Part shown: one piece after another, positions 1 through 13,149 of the stretch
Layout of the letters: the number at the start of each line of letters is the position of its first letter
How positions within the stretch are numbered: position 1 is the stretch's first letter
NCBI RefSeq assembly: GCF_018350175.1
Contig: NC_058383.1
Span: 4,838,001 to 4,902,000 of the forward strand
From: Felis catus
Lineage: Eukaryota
Direction: 5' to 3'
Length of the DNA: 64,000 nucleotides
Position numbers and translations under genes: made by a program
The notes under the pieces: model-generated
The model's input: only the letters and a program-made list of their open reading frames with translations
Told to the model about the DNA's origin: nothing
Database searches by the model: none

Positions 1-2682
1 AACGGATGCAGTTCCTCAGGACGAGCACAAAGGTGTAAAGGGAGACGGGGCAGAGGCTCTCCAACGTCAAGGCCGGAAGGAAAAGAGGAGCTGACAAAGA
101 AGGCCAAGAGAGGATGGGCAACCTAACTTGAGGATGAGGAGAGAGGGCCGTCACGGAAGGCAAATCAGGAAGTGCTCGCTAATCTCTCCAGGGAGGCCGG
201 AACAGGGGAGGCGCATCGAGAGGCCTGGAATGAGCATCCCACAGGCTCCGTGAAATGTCCCTGGAGAACCCCTTACCCTGCCTTCAGCACTGACCGTGAA
301 CTAGCCCACCAGGTTCTGATGGCCCCCCTGGGCCAGCGAGCCACCGGGGCAACTCCTCTTCAGAGCCTGATACAGCTGGTGCCTCACTGACTAGGAGCTC
401 CAGAATCAGCAGGATGGACCGCTTACAAAGCCTGCAGCCGGGGGCAGAGGGACCCCTGAGCCTGCAGTGTCAGAGCGGTTCGGAACACTAGTCCAGAGCA
501 AGAGAACCAGAGGGAGAGGCGTCTGGGACACACCGTTCGTTGTCACACATACAGATAGGTGGTTTGTTACAGCAGCTGGTACTCATCACCCTGATTATCT
601 CACTCCGATGGTGCTCCCAAGAGTGGGGTGGGGCCCCAAGAGGGGAGCTTGTGCAGCTGATAGGAGTTCACACAGCTGCAAAGTCAACCGTCCTGAACGC
701 CACCTTCCCATAGCTGGACCTAGCTTGGCTCCCATGACCCAGGTTCCGACGGAGCAGCGAGTCTGCTCCTCCGAGCCTCCCTCTTGAGTCTCCCCTCCTT
801 GCCCTCCTCTCAAGCTCTTATTTCTTTTGGGTGTGAAAGAGGCTCTTAGTTCCCCCTGCAAGCAGCCCCCCTCTGTGGTTTATAGGGTAAACCGTAAGTT
901 TTGCAATAATCTTTTTTCCTTTCCGTAATCCCCAACCTGACACCAAAAAAATTAGTTTGACTTTGAGACATCTGTCTTTTCAAAAGACATCTGTCTGCAG
1001 TCTACTTAGGGGGTTGAAAAACAGAAAGGTGGCTCTTTCAGGGCTCAGTCTCCCTCTGCCCACCCCCGCCTGCCCTTTCACAAGCCCCTTCCCCCACCAA
1101 ATACCCTGATGACTGGGGGAAGAGCTATGGACACAAGGAATGAGAAGGCAACTTCTCAGTGCCCCAGACTCTCTTCTCCGCCACATTTGTGTATATCTCC
1201 CTGTTTCATTCTGGGCAGGACTGGAGATGGTTTACACAGACACACAGAACAAGCTGCGATAACTTTAATGTGAGCAGAGGGGAGACAAGACAAAAGGGAA
1301 ATGGGCATAAGACAGATGAGGTGCTCCCGCGGGCTGATCTCATTTCTGTTGTGGAAGCAGGTGCTGGCAGAGGCTCCCGCTGGCCCTTGGCTCACAGACC
1401 AGTTCCACATGCAACTTCAGGCCTATGACCTGTGACGAGGGCTGCACAGAGTCAGGCCTGCCTGGCCCCAGACACGGCAGCTACTTTGTTCATCACTAGT
1501 GTCTCGCTAACACTTCCAACAGAACGCCAGTGGGATTTACTATCCGAAACGCTGCTCATCACAACACCTTCTTCTTCCAGGAGCACTCCCGACAAGCTCC
1601 CTCCTTAATTCACACCAGACCCGTGGTCAAGAAAGCCCCCAACTCTTGGCCTGTTTATCGCTAAGCCAACTCTCCTCCTGTCTTGCTAGACGGAAATGGC
1701 TGTCACAACCATCATCGCTGACTGTGGAGACTGAGTCCCCACCCACCATCTTCTCCAGCATCCCAACAGTTGCAGGCTGGATAGGAAAATCTGTGTCTTT
1801 AGCCGTGGTAGAGACAACACCAAGTGTTTGCCACACTGCTTCCTCTCCCCGGGCACAGGGGAAGACTACATCTTTCAGGCTCCTTGGAAGTTTGTTCTGG
1901 GTATTGAAAAAGTGGACAGAAGAAATGTAGGTCGCTTCTAGACTGGGCCTCTAAAACATTCTCGTGCAATCCTCTGGCTATCTCTTCCCCTTCTGCAGTG
2001 ACCTCTGGAGAAGCAACCACACATTTATATGTCTGTACAAGATGGAAGGCTCAAGAACCCAGAGGACATTCTGCCCCTAACCCAGGAGAGCCATCCAACC
2101 CATGCTGGACTGTGATGTAGGTGATACATGAAATTTCATTATGTTAAGCCACGGAGATTGGAGATTGTTTTTTATAGCAGCTATAATTACTCATCTTGAC
2201 CAGTATACTATCCAAGTTGCCAATGAAAGCCATAGCATGGCCCCATGGCAACCATCAAAATGTCCTCAAAATTCCATTATGCCATTGGTCAACTTCAGCC
2301 CTCATGTCATGGGTATGGACAATCATGTGGACCAACCCCTCGATCCCCCCAGCAGGTAGTCACCTACTCCCCTGCCTTTGTCACCTGAGGTCTCAAGGAC
2401 ACCGTGAAGATATACTCAGAGGCTTTGGGTAGCAGTACATGACAAGACTGTAAGATATCAATTTCCAGTTTGGACTCGGTCTGCTCTGTCCAGAGTCATT
2501 GGACGTGTCAGGTAGACTTGGCACGGAGAAAGGACACCAGCCAATTTTAATCTTAGGTCTGGGTTTTCCCAATCAATCCCTTTCTGCCCACCCTTGCTCT
2601 CCTTGGCCAAGGCCACATACCCACCTCTCGACCCATAGAGAGTCTTTGCGCCATACTCTGATAAAACTTCATTGTGACAGTG

Positions 2683-3060
2683 CATTCGTTTGCTAGCGCT
2701 GCCATAGTAAAATACCACGGACTGGGAGGCTTAAACGATAGAGATTTATTTTCTCTCAGTTCTGGAGGCTAGAAGTCTGAGATCAAGGTGTTGGCCGAGT
2801 TGGTTTCTCCTGAAGCTGGTAGATGGCCACCTTCTCACGTAGTCTTTCCTGAGTCAGTGCACATCCCTGGTGTCTCTGTGGCCACATTCCCTCTTCCCAT
2901 AGGGAGAGCAGTCATGTTGGATTAAGCCCCACCCTAACAGTCTTATCTTAACTCGATCACCTCTTGAAAGGCCTTATCTGCAGAAACAGTCACATTTTGA
3001 GGTTCTGGAAGTTAGGAATTCAACATATGGACTTGAAGGGACAAATTCAGCCCATACCCA
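2683..3060 (-). mobile_element. MaLR (MLT1/MST-type) solo LTR
   Basis: gctgccatagtaaaataccacggactgggaggcttaaac...tctggaggctagaagtctgagatcaaggtg...aggaattcaacatatg pattern typical of MLT1. Confidence 0.75.
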
Positions 3061-3199
3061 TCAGTATCCATATTTCTGTGGATTATTTCTGTGGATTATT
3101 TAAGGGGAGGGGGAAGCCTGTTCTCATGGAGGAGTCAGATCAGCTACAACATAGACTTAACAGGGCACCAGGGTTGGGCTGCATGTTTTCTAGAATTTT

Positions 3200-6100
3200 C
3201 TAGAAGAAAAAAAATTAGGAGAAAATACATACCACCCTGGGTTTGGTGATGAGTTTCTAGATACAACACCAAAAGCATAATCCCCCCACTCAAATTTAAT
3301 AAACTGGACTTTATCAAATTTAAAAACTTTGCTCTGTGAATAACACTGCTAAGAGAATGAAGATACAGGTTACCTACTGGGAGAAAATATTTGTCAATCA
3401 CACATCAGGTAAAGGGCTTGGACCCAAAACACATACATAAAAAAAAAACTCTTGGGACACCTAGGTGGCTCAGTCGGTTAAGCGTCAGCTTCGGTCCAGG
3501 TCATGGTCTCACAGTCTGTGAGTTCGAGCCCCACATCAGGCTTTGTGCTGACAGCTCAAAGCCTGGAGCCTGCTTTGGATTCTGTGTCCCCCTCTCTCTC
3601 TGCCCCTCCCTCCCTCACGCTCTGTCTCTCTTTCTCAAAAACAAACATTAAATTTTTTTTTTTAATTAAAACTCAATAATTACTGTGTGGCTCAGTCAGT
3701 TAAGCCTCTGACTCTTGATTTTGGTTCAGGTCATGCTCTCATGGTTCATGGGTTCGGAGCCCACCATCAGGCTCTGCACTGACAGCACAGAGCCTGCTTG
3801 GGATTTTCTCTCTCCTCTCTCTCTCCCCTTCCTCCTGTTTGTGCCCTCTCTCTCTCTCTCTCTCTCAAAATAAATAAATAAACAAAAAGAAAAACACAGC
3901 AATTACGAACAAAAATTTTAATGGACAAGATATCTGAACAGATACCTCACCAAAGAAGATCGACAAATGGCAAATAAGCATATGAAAAGATGCTCAACAT
4001 CATTTAACATTAGGGAAAAAAACAAAACATCAGTGAGATACCACTACATACCCATTAGGACTAAAACCCAAAATAATCTTTACAACACCAATTGCCTGCA
4101 AGGATGTGAAGCAACAGAAGTCTCATTCTTTGCTGGCAGGATGCAAATGGTGCAACCACTTTGGAGACAGTTTGAGAATTCTAACTTTTGTCTTAGGGTA
4201 ATGATGCAACACTCGTACCATGCATTCACCCAACTGATTGGAAGGTAGTTATGTCTGCCCTAAAACATATGTTTTATCTCTTTCAAATCCGTGATTTATT
4301 CATAATTACCAAAAACAAGAAGTCCTTTTTTTAAAAATATAATTTATTGTCAAGCTGGCTAACATACAGAGTATACAGTGTGCTCTTGGCTTCGGGAATA
4401 GATTCCCATGATTCATCGCTTACATACAACACCCAGTGCTCATCCCAACAAGCGCCCTCCTCAATGCCCATGGCCCATTTACCCTTCTCCCCCAACCCAA
4501 TCAACCCTCAGTTTGTTCTCTGTATTTAAGAATCTCTTGTGGTTTGACTCCCTCTCAGTTTGTAACTATTCTTTTTTCTTCCCCCCAAGACGTCTTTTAT
4601 TTTTTATTTTTATTTTTTTACGTTTATTTATTTTTTGAGAGACATAGAGGGAAAGAGCACAAGTTGGGGAGGGACAGAGAGAGAAAGGGACATAGAATCC
4701 AAAGCAGGCTCCAGGCTCCCAGCCGTCAGCACAGAGCCCGACGCGGGGCTCGAACTCAAAAACCGTGAGATCACGACCTGAGCCGAAGTCAGACGCCCAA
4801 CCGACTGAGCCACCCAGGTGCCCCTAAGATGTCCTTTAATAGGTAAATAGATAAAGAAATTGTGGTATATCCATACAATGGGATGACACACACACAAAAA
4901 AAGGAATGGGCCATCAAGACACAAAAACATGGATGAATATTGCTAAGTGAAAAAAAGCCAGTCTGCAAGTCTAAATTTGTTATAATTCCATTTATGTGAC
5001 AATCTGGAAAAGGCAAAACTATAGAGATAGTAACTGGGGGACTGGGGAAGCAGGGAGGTTCAGTAGATGAGGCACAGGAGATATTCTAGGGCAGTGATAC
5101 TGTAAGGATGGACACATGCCACCACGCACTTGTCAAAATCCATGAGTAGTTATAGCACAAAGATGGACCCTCCATGTATGCAATTTTTAAAATGTCTTAG
5201 GAGGGGAGCCTGGGTGGCTCAGTCCGTTAAGCATCCGACTTCGGCTCAGGTCATGATCTCACGATTCATGAATTCAAGCCCCGTGTCGAGCTCTGTACTA
5301 ACAGTACGGAGCCCGCTTGTGATTTTCTCTGTCTCTGTCTCTGTCTCTGTCTCTCTCTGCCCCTACCCTGCTCATGCTCCTTCTCTCAAAATAAATACAT
5401 AAACTTTGTTTTATGTTTATTTATTTTTGAGAGAGAGAGAGAGACAGAGCGTGAGTGGGGGAGGAGCAGAGAGAGAGGGAGACACAGAATTCCAAAGCTG
5501 GCTTCAGGCTCTGAGCTGTCAGTACAGGGCCTGACCCAGAGCTCAGACTCACAAACTGTGAGATCATGACCTGAGCCGAAGTTGACGCTTAACCGACTGA
5601 GCCACCCAGGCGCCCCAATAAATAAACTTTTAAAAAATTAAAAAACAAACAAACCATAGTACTAGATTATAACCCAAAGTGTAAACCATCCATGAGTCTG
5701 TACTGATATAAATGATTGAATAAATAGCAGAGAAGAGACATATCTCCCATGCAGAAGGATCCCAAATAACATATGTAGAGCATTACTCTCCCTCCTTAAG
5801 TGTGGACTTCACACAGTGACTTCTTTCCAATGAGGACAGTATGAGGGGGTGGGGGGCAGAGTACTTTACAGTGGGGAAACTGACAGGACTTCAGGCAGGT
5901 GATGAAGTTTGAAAGCATGTAAACCAGGGTGATAGCATGTACCACTCATAGGGTGTGACAAGAATGTCACTTTGCCTCTGTGGTCTTCCTCCCCCAAACT
6001 ATAACCAGTCTAACTATGAGAAAAATATCAGGCACGCCCAATGGAGAACATTCTATGAAATGCTAACCAATACTCCTCAATTGAGGGGCGCCTGGGTGGC

Positions 6101-6780
6101 TCAGACAGTTAAGCGTCCGACTCTTGGTTTTGGCTCAGGTCATGGTCTCACGGTTTCGTGGGTTCGGGCCCCACATCTGGCTCCGTGCTGACAGTGTGGA
6201 GCCTGCCTGGGATTCTCTCTTTCCCTCTCTCTCTGCCCCTCCTCTGCTCGCACTGTCTCTCTCTCAAAAATAAACTTAAATAAAAAAACCTGTCAATTGA
6301 AAATATGAGAAGGGTGGGACGCTTGGGTGGCTCAGTCGGTTAAGCATCCGACTTCAGCTCAGGTCATAATCCCGTGGTTCATGAGTTCGAGCCCCACGTT
6401 GGGCTCTGTGCCGACAGCACAGAGTCTGCTCGGGATTCTCTCTCTCCCTCTCTTTCTCTGCCCCTCCCCTGCACTCTTTCTCTCAAAAATAAATAAATAA
6501 GCATTAAAAAAAAAAAGAAAAAAAGAGAGAAAGAGAGAAGGGGAGGAGAGAGGGAAGAATAAGAGTGGACAGAGAAAGGACATTAGGTAAAAACTAGGAA
6601 ACTCTGAGTTAAGTAATAATAACGGATCAGTATTAGTTCATTAATGGTAAGGAGGTGCCATAGTAATGTAAGATGTCAGCAATCAGGGACATCGGATGTA
6701 GAGTATATGGAAACTCTGTACCGTCTTTGAAATCTTTCTGTGCACCTACAACTACTCTAAAAGAAAAGTTTACTTTGAAG
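3200..6780 (+). mobile_element. Old L1 3' fragments interrupted by many Can-SINEs
   Basis: L1 ORF2/3'UTR-like text (aaactggactttatcaaatttaaaaactt; atggcaaataagcatatgaaaagatgctcaacatca; gtggtatatccatacaatgg) between SINEs at about 3455, 3686, 4620, 5204, 5410, 6085 and 6316. Confidence 0.75.
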
Positions 6781-9202
6781 CTCCTGGGTGGCTCAGTCAG
6801 TCGAGTGTCCGACTCCTGATTTCGGCTCATCATCTCACAGTTTCATCAGTTCAAAGCCCGCGATATCGATGCAGAAACTGCTTGAGGTTCTCCCCCCTCT
6901 CTGCCCCTCCCCCGCTCGCACTATGTCCCTCTCAAAATAAATAATTAAACTTTTTAAAAAATTATAAAATAAAGGGCGCCTGGGTGGCTCAGTCAGTTAA
7001 ATGTCTGACTTCGGCTCATTTTGGGGAACGCAACTGAATGGTCAGAAGGACATAATAATTGTGACTAGAATAATAATCACATAGTAATGCTTACCATGTG
7101 CCACACTGGGGGCCTTCCTTGAGATTCCCTTAAGATCACTTAGGGTGGCCATGGGAGGTAAATGTACTTCCTTCTGTTAGAGGGATGAGACCTCAGGGTA
7201 GGGTTTATTAATGTACTCACTCCTTTTACAAATACTGAGCACCCACTATGTGCCAAGCACTGTTCTAGGTGCCACAGGTACAGCAATGATCAAAACGGAA
7301 ATTTCTGCTTTCCTGGGGCTTGCATTATAATGGGTGGGGACAGACATTAAACAACACAAACCAGGGGGTGCCTCGATGGCTCACTCGGTTGAGAGTCCAA
7401 CTCTTGATTTCAGCTCAGGTCATGATCCCAGAATGGTGGACTCTAACCCCACATCAGGCTCTGTGCTGAGCAGCTTGGAGCCTGGAGCCTGCTTCAGATT
7501 CCGTGTCTTCCTCTCTCTCTGCCCCTTCCCTGGTCATGTTCTGTCTCTCTGTCTCTCAATAACAAACATTAAAAAATTTTTTTTAATAAAAAGAAAAAAA
7601 CAGACAAATCAGCGAGGTCCATGGCACAGCGGATGGTGAGAAGTGCTCTGGAGAAGCAGAAAGCAGGGAAGGGGAGAGAAGGGAAGGGCTCATGGAACAG
7701 GAGACAAATGAAGAGATTTGGGGGTGGGTACGTGCCAGCACGTGGAAGAAACAGTCTAGGCGGAGGGAAGAGCTAGTGCGAAGGCCCAGGGGTGGGAACA
7801 TGCCTGGTCTGGGCAAGAAGTCAGAGAGGTGCAGGGGGCCTGGCTGGGCAGGGTCCTGCTGGCCATGGAGAAGACGTAAGCGATGGGCTGGGTTTGGAGC
7901 AGAGGAGTGGCAGGATCTGACTTTGGCTTTAACAGATCGTTCTGGCTTCTCTGTTGACTGCAGGGGGCCTCCAATGAGGAGGCTGAGGAACCAGTCTGGG
8001 AGAGGGATGACGGCAGCTTGGACCAGGATGGTGGCAGTGAAGTGGAGACAGCAGGTGGGTTCTGGTTCTAATTTGAAAGCAGGAGGTAGAGTCCATAGCC
8101 TGTGCTGGTGTTTGAGTTTGGCACGTAAAATAGAGGAATCAAGGACGCCAGTCCTCCTCAGCTGCACCCGCCCAAGTGTCTCCTGGAGTCCCTTTCTCTA
8201 AACCCGCGGACACCCCTCCCACCGCCGGGAAACCCACAACTTGGCTTAACCTCCTGAGACTGGAGTGGGAAATGCCAGAGCACATCCTGAGCCTTTTGGT
8301 TCATCCTGGGCAAAGCCTTAAAGAAGGTAGAACATGGAGCACAGAGCCAGGCTTGGACCGCATCTTCCTTCCGTGGTTGATTCCAGAGTCTTGGACCTCC
8401 AAGTCTTCCCCAGGGCTGGCAGGGAGTGGAGGCTGGGGAGGGTCAAACCCTCCCCCAGCCGCTGGAAGCTGGTGTGACCTGGGACAAGTCCCTTCGTCTC
8501 TCTGAAGCTCCATTCTCTCCTCTCTACACTGGAGGCAGCCATTCTGACTTTGTTGGGGAGCCGTGACAAGCAAACAAGATTTTTAAAAAATACATGAAAA
8601 TTGCTGGCCTGTGATTGGGTCTGGCTCGGTATATGTGTCACTTTCCCCATCCCCTTTAAATGACAGGATTTAGGAGTATACCCCTCAAGTAATTCAAGTT
8701 TTAAAAGTCAACTTTGTTGAGGGGCATACAGCACACTGTGTACATATGAAGTGGACAAGTTTTCTCGAGGTCCTTTGCAATTCATCCTTGCCTGTACCTC
8801 GGCCCCAGAAATCCCTGATCTGCTTTCCGATGTAATAGATCAGTTTGCACCTTACAGAATTTAACAACAACGGAATCACAGAGCCTTTTGTTACCGGCTT
8901 CTTTCACTTAGCATGATGTTTTCGAGTTTCACCCGTGGTATATGCATCAGCCATTCATTTCATATTATTACCGAGTCGCATTCCATTGCATGGATGGACC
9001 ACAGTCTGTTTATCCATTTTCCAATAGATAGATGCGAAAATTGCCTCCAATTCTGAGTTATTGTGCATCGTGCTGCTGTAAACAGTCACATCCAGGTCTT
9101 TATATGGACGTATGCTGTCATTTCTCTTGCACATAATATACCCAGGAGTGGGATGGCGGGGTTGTATGATTAAGTGTATGTTTAGCTTTTAAGAAACCAT
9201 CA

Positions 9203-9435
9203 GGGGGGCGCCTGGGGGGCGCAGTCGGTTGGGCGTCCGACTTCAGCCAGGTCACGATCTCGCGGTCCGTGAGTTCGAGCCCCACGTCGGGCTCTGTGCT
9301 GACAGCTCAGAGCCTGGAGCCCGTTTCGGATTCTGTGTCTCCCTCTCTCTCTGCCCCTCCCCTGTTCATGCCCTGTCTCTCTCTGTCTCAAAAATAAATA
9401 AACGTTAAAAAAAAAATTAAAAAAAAAAAAAAAAA
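9203..9435 (+). mobile_element. Young feliform Can-SINE with TSD
   Basis: GGGGCGCCTGGG...tRNA-derived head, (CT)n, long A tail; flanked by AAGAAACCATCA at 9191 and 9436. Confidence 0.92.
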
Positions 9436-9447
9436 AAGAAACCATCA

Positions 9448-9674
9448 GGGCGCCTGGGTGGCTCAGTCGGTTAAGCCCCCAAGTCTTGATTTCAGCTCAG
9501 GTCATGATCTCACAGTCTGTGAGATTGAGCCCTGGGTCAGGCTCTGTGCGGACAGTGCAAAGGATTCTCTCTCCCACTCTCTCTCTGCCCCTCCCCTGCT
9601 CTCTCTAGCACACTCTCTCTCTCTCTCTCTTTCTCTCAAAAATAAATAAGTATTTTTTAAAAAAAGAAAAAAGA
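9448..9674 (+). mobile_element. Older Can-SINE in tandem with the previous one
   Basis: SINE head, (CT)n and A tail; 3' TSD AAGAAGCCATCA at 9675-9686. Confidence 0.88.
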
Positions 9675-11514
9675 AAGAAGCCATCAAGCAGTGTTCCATA
9701 ATGGTTGTACCCTTTTACATTTCCATCAGACTCCATTTTTTTTACCATCTAGAGAAACATCACTTGGTTGATCAAGAAGACAAAAGAGCATGCCGAGGAA
9801 AGTCGCCCATGTGACTGTCACGGTTTGTGTGTAATTACCGTGCAACCCAACAATTAGGCCGCCTGTTAAGCATTCGGAGCTGTGCTCAAAGATGTATTCT
9901 GTTACATCATCAGTCATTCTTCTACCCTGCTCTGGGGACAGTGCTTCACCCAGAGCTTTTGGTTTTTGGTTTTTCCAGTGAGGATATACTGCAATCTCCT
10001 TAGCACAGTTTGTAATGTAAATGAGACCAGACAACACATACGGACACATCTATCTCTCCCCGCCCCCACCAACACACACACATGCTCACATGCACACACA
10101 CGGTAACTTGGAACACCTTTGGGTAAACAAACTCGGGAAAACATCCAGCTCCATCATGATGACCTATTAAGAGTATCGTCCGCTCTGTCTGATCCCCATC
10201 CCCTACATCCTGAGAAAAGGTTTTGATTATAAGAATTTAATTTTAGAATACTATTAGATGTGCAGAAGAGCGTGAAGGTAGTACAAAGCTCCCTGCTGCC
10301 CCACACCCAATGTCTCCTATTGCTGGCATCTTACGTTACTATGGTACCTTTGTCACAACTACTGTACTAATACTGATCCATTGTCATTAGTTAGTTTGAT
10401 TCCTTAGTTTTTCCTAAAGTCCTTTCTCTGTCCCAGGATCCCGCATTACATCCAGTCATCAGCTCTCCTTAGACCCCTCCAGTTTTTTAAAAAATTTTTA
10501 ATGTTTATTTATTTTTGAGAGAGAGAGAGAGACAGAGTGTGAGTGGGGAGGGGGGGGGAGAGAGAGAGACAGAGACAGAGACAGAATCCAAAGCAGGTTC
10601 CAAGCTCTGGGCTGCCAGGACAGAGCCCGATGCGGGGCTCGAACCCACAAACCATGAGATCGTGACCCGAGCCAAAATCGGATGCTTAATCGACTGAGCC
10701 ACCCAGGCGCCCCGACCCTTCCAGTTTTTGACAGTTTCTCCAACTTTCCAGGCCTAGAATCAGTCATTTCTCCAAAGATCCTGCCTCCTTTTATTGGAGA
10801 ATGATATTAGAAACCAAGATCTGGCGCTAGATGTGCTCAATGCTGCCAGGGTGCCTGGCTTCTCAGCCCTCTTGCTGACAGAGCAGGCAGACATATGTTC
10901 CTATACTAATCTATGTATATGCACATATCTGTAATGATTTCTTTTAAAAATTTTTTTTAATGTTTATTTATTTTTGAGAGAGAGACAGAGACAGAGCATG
11001 AGCCGGGGAGGAGCAGAGAGAAAGGGAGACACAGAATCCAAAGCAGGCTCCAGGCTCTGAGCTGTCAGCACAGAGCCCAACGTGGGGCTCGAACCCACGG
11101 ACCATGAGATTGTGACCTGAGCCAAAGTCAGACGCTTAACCGACTAAGCCCCCCAGGAGCCCCAGTAAATATTTCTGTACGTGCCCATCTGCAGCTATAG
11201 TAAGCCAAACTTGAGTTCATGCTGATGTCCCCAACTCTAACCCAGTGCCACGTGAATCATTCCAGCTCTCCCTTTTGCTTATCTGTGACCTCCCACTCTG
11301 CCAGAGAGTAACCTGGCCCCCACAGTCCACTTACTTAATTGTTCAAGGCCAGCATGCATGTGTGGTGATTTCACAGTTGTTAACCTGTACCCCAGTGGGG
11401 ACCGACTTCACCAGCTACAGTGTAGCGCTGTGTGCTTAGTTTTATGGACTCCACTCATTTCCAAAATTACTTAGGTGAGCATCCTTTCCCATCCAAACCT
11501 TATTTCATGGCCTG

Positions 11515-11570
11515 GACCTCCTCTTCTGATGATGGTAAATCTGACCTCCTCTTCTGATGATGGTAAATCT
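11515..11570. repeat. Perfect 28-bp tandem duplication
   Basis: GACCTCCTCTTCTGATGATGGTAAATCT x2. Confidence 0.95.
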
Positions 11571-12145
11571 GGCCGTTGGGTTGATATTCCCTGTGGATAC
11601 TGGATCCCCCTGCCTTACTGAGTCTCATCATTCTCCTCTGCCATCACTGGACTGAGTGATACCTCCTACCTCAAACCAGCCTGAAGAAACCCTCTCGGCC
11701 CACCCACCAAGCTCCGTGACCTCATGGGGGGACCCAGCCATGGCCCAGCTCCAGCCAGCCTTCACTCCCGTCTGAACATCACTGCTTGCCCTCCAGGACC
11801 ACGCAGCAGGGGCCTACCACTCTGGGCCCTGGCCAAGCTGTCCAGCCATCCTGCTGGCCTGCCTTGTAACTGGGGCCTTCTCAGGTTACTCGGAGGATCA
11901 CTTTGCCTTAGAAACTCCAGCTGTCACCTCGGGCGCATCAGTAACCGATGCCAAGGCCCTGAGCGGTGGAGGGCTGGCCACAAGCAAGTGTCCCCAGGCA
12001 TCCCACAAGCCCCGTGCTCTGTCCCCGCAACCACTGAAAGCACCAGTGAGGAAGGTGAGCGATCTGGGGGTGCGGGGGGTCATCAGCCAACATTCCGGGA
12101 TGGGTGGCCCTGGGACACCTCCCTCTGATGCCCCAAGATAGCCCA

Positions 12146-13079
12146 TCAGCCCTGCCAGGAGCCTGGATTCCTGTTTCTAGGGGAAGGTGAGAGAGCAGAG
12201 AGTGGCCCGGACCCGGAGCTCGGGGTGGGCGGGGGAGGGCTTGGGTCGCTCTGCAGGGCTGGGGACAAATAGGAGGGCTTGACACGGTGCAAAAGCCCAG
12301 TGGGGCCTGAGTGGCTTTCGGTCCCCGTGACTCTGTGGGCTCCCCAGGTTGTGTGTAGAGGTGTGAGGTATTGCCTGCTCTGGCCTCTGGTAGGCAGCTT
12401 GCCATTGGTGCGCTGGCCAGACAGGCGTGCACGTGGAGGGGAAGCACGGCTCCCAGCCCCAGCATCAGAGTTTCCAGCCAGTCCCTCTTTGACCGTGGGG
12501 GAGCTGGCCGCCTCCCTCGCGGAACGAGAACTGACCTCAGGCTCCTTTAAGACACGGTGATGCCCCCACCCCATCTGGGCCCGGTGGACCCAAGAGTCCA
12601 GCACTGCCTCCAAGCGACGGAAAACGCGTCCCTGAGACCCCATGGCAGGATGGCCGCTGGCAGAGGAGGACCAGGTCCCCTGGGATGGGTTCAGGAGTAA
12701 GCCAGCCGGTCTTGGGGCGTGACAGCCTCCGCCACACCCAGGGTGCTCACACTGTGTCCTCTGGTGGCCAGGTGAGACAGATTTTCACCCGGTTGTCGCT
12801 TAAGACCGTTTCTTCCTGGCCCACGATGCTGTCAGAACCCTGGGTCTCCTCCTTGCCCCAACCTCAAAGACATTTTCAGGTGCCTGGGAGAGGGAGCCAT
12901 GGGAGGCTGACTCCGTGCAGGGGATCCAGGCATCTGTGGAGGGCCTTCAAAACCAGCCGTCCACGGTTCTTCGAAGCCAGGGTCAGGAAGTCCTCAGAAC
13001 TAAGGACTCTTCCCCGGAAAACTAAGCCTTCATGCCACATACTGCCTACAACTTCAGAGGCTGTCCCTGGGCTGCTGTT
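12146..13079 (-). pseudogene. Exon-intron-exon relic on the minus strand (13079-12751; 12656-12146)
   Basis: Acceptor tgtctatttag|, donor |GTGAGC, acceptor cctcctctgccag|. One frame runs across the 94-nt intron with two TGA stops. Confidence 0.35.
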
Positions 13080-13149
13080 CTAAATAGACACAGGGAAACA
13101 CAGGTTGTTCCATCCAGGACAGTCCCCCCCGCCCCCAGGCTGTGTTCGT

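Noticed and set aside
7583..8201. Overlapping 194-aa (-) and 169-aa (+) ORFs
   Set aside because: The sequence looks like an old L2-type repeat (agaggagtggcaggatctgact...gcttggaccaggatggtggcagtg); there is no splice structure.
9203..9290. tRNA-like A/B boxes (TGGCTCAGTCGG, GTTCGAGCC)
   Set aside because: These are heads of tRNA-derived SINEs followed by (CT)n and A tails, not tRNA genes.
9726..10049. 107-aa minus ORF with a hydrophobic stretch
   Set aside because: It sits among L1 and SINE fragments, has no clear acceptor and no recognisable family; too weak to call.
3391..11160. Many short ORFs such as MAQSVK.../...RGRHRIRNRLQALSCQHRA
   Set aside because: These are translations of Can-SINE and L1 fragments that recur across the window.
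12864..12878. In-frame TGA pair (*KCL*) as selenocysteine codons
   Set aside because: No resemblance to a selenoprotein family and no SECIS identified. Nonsense mutation or chance is simpler.
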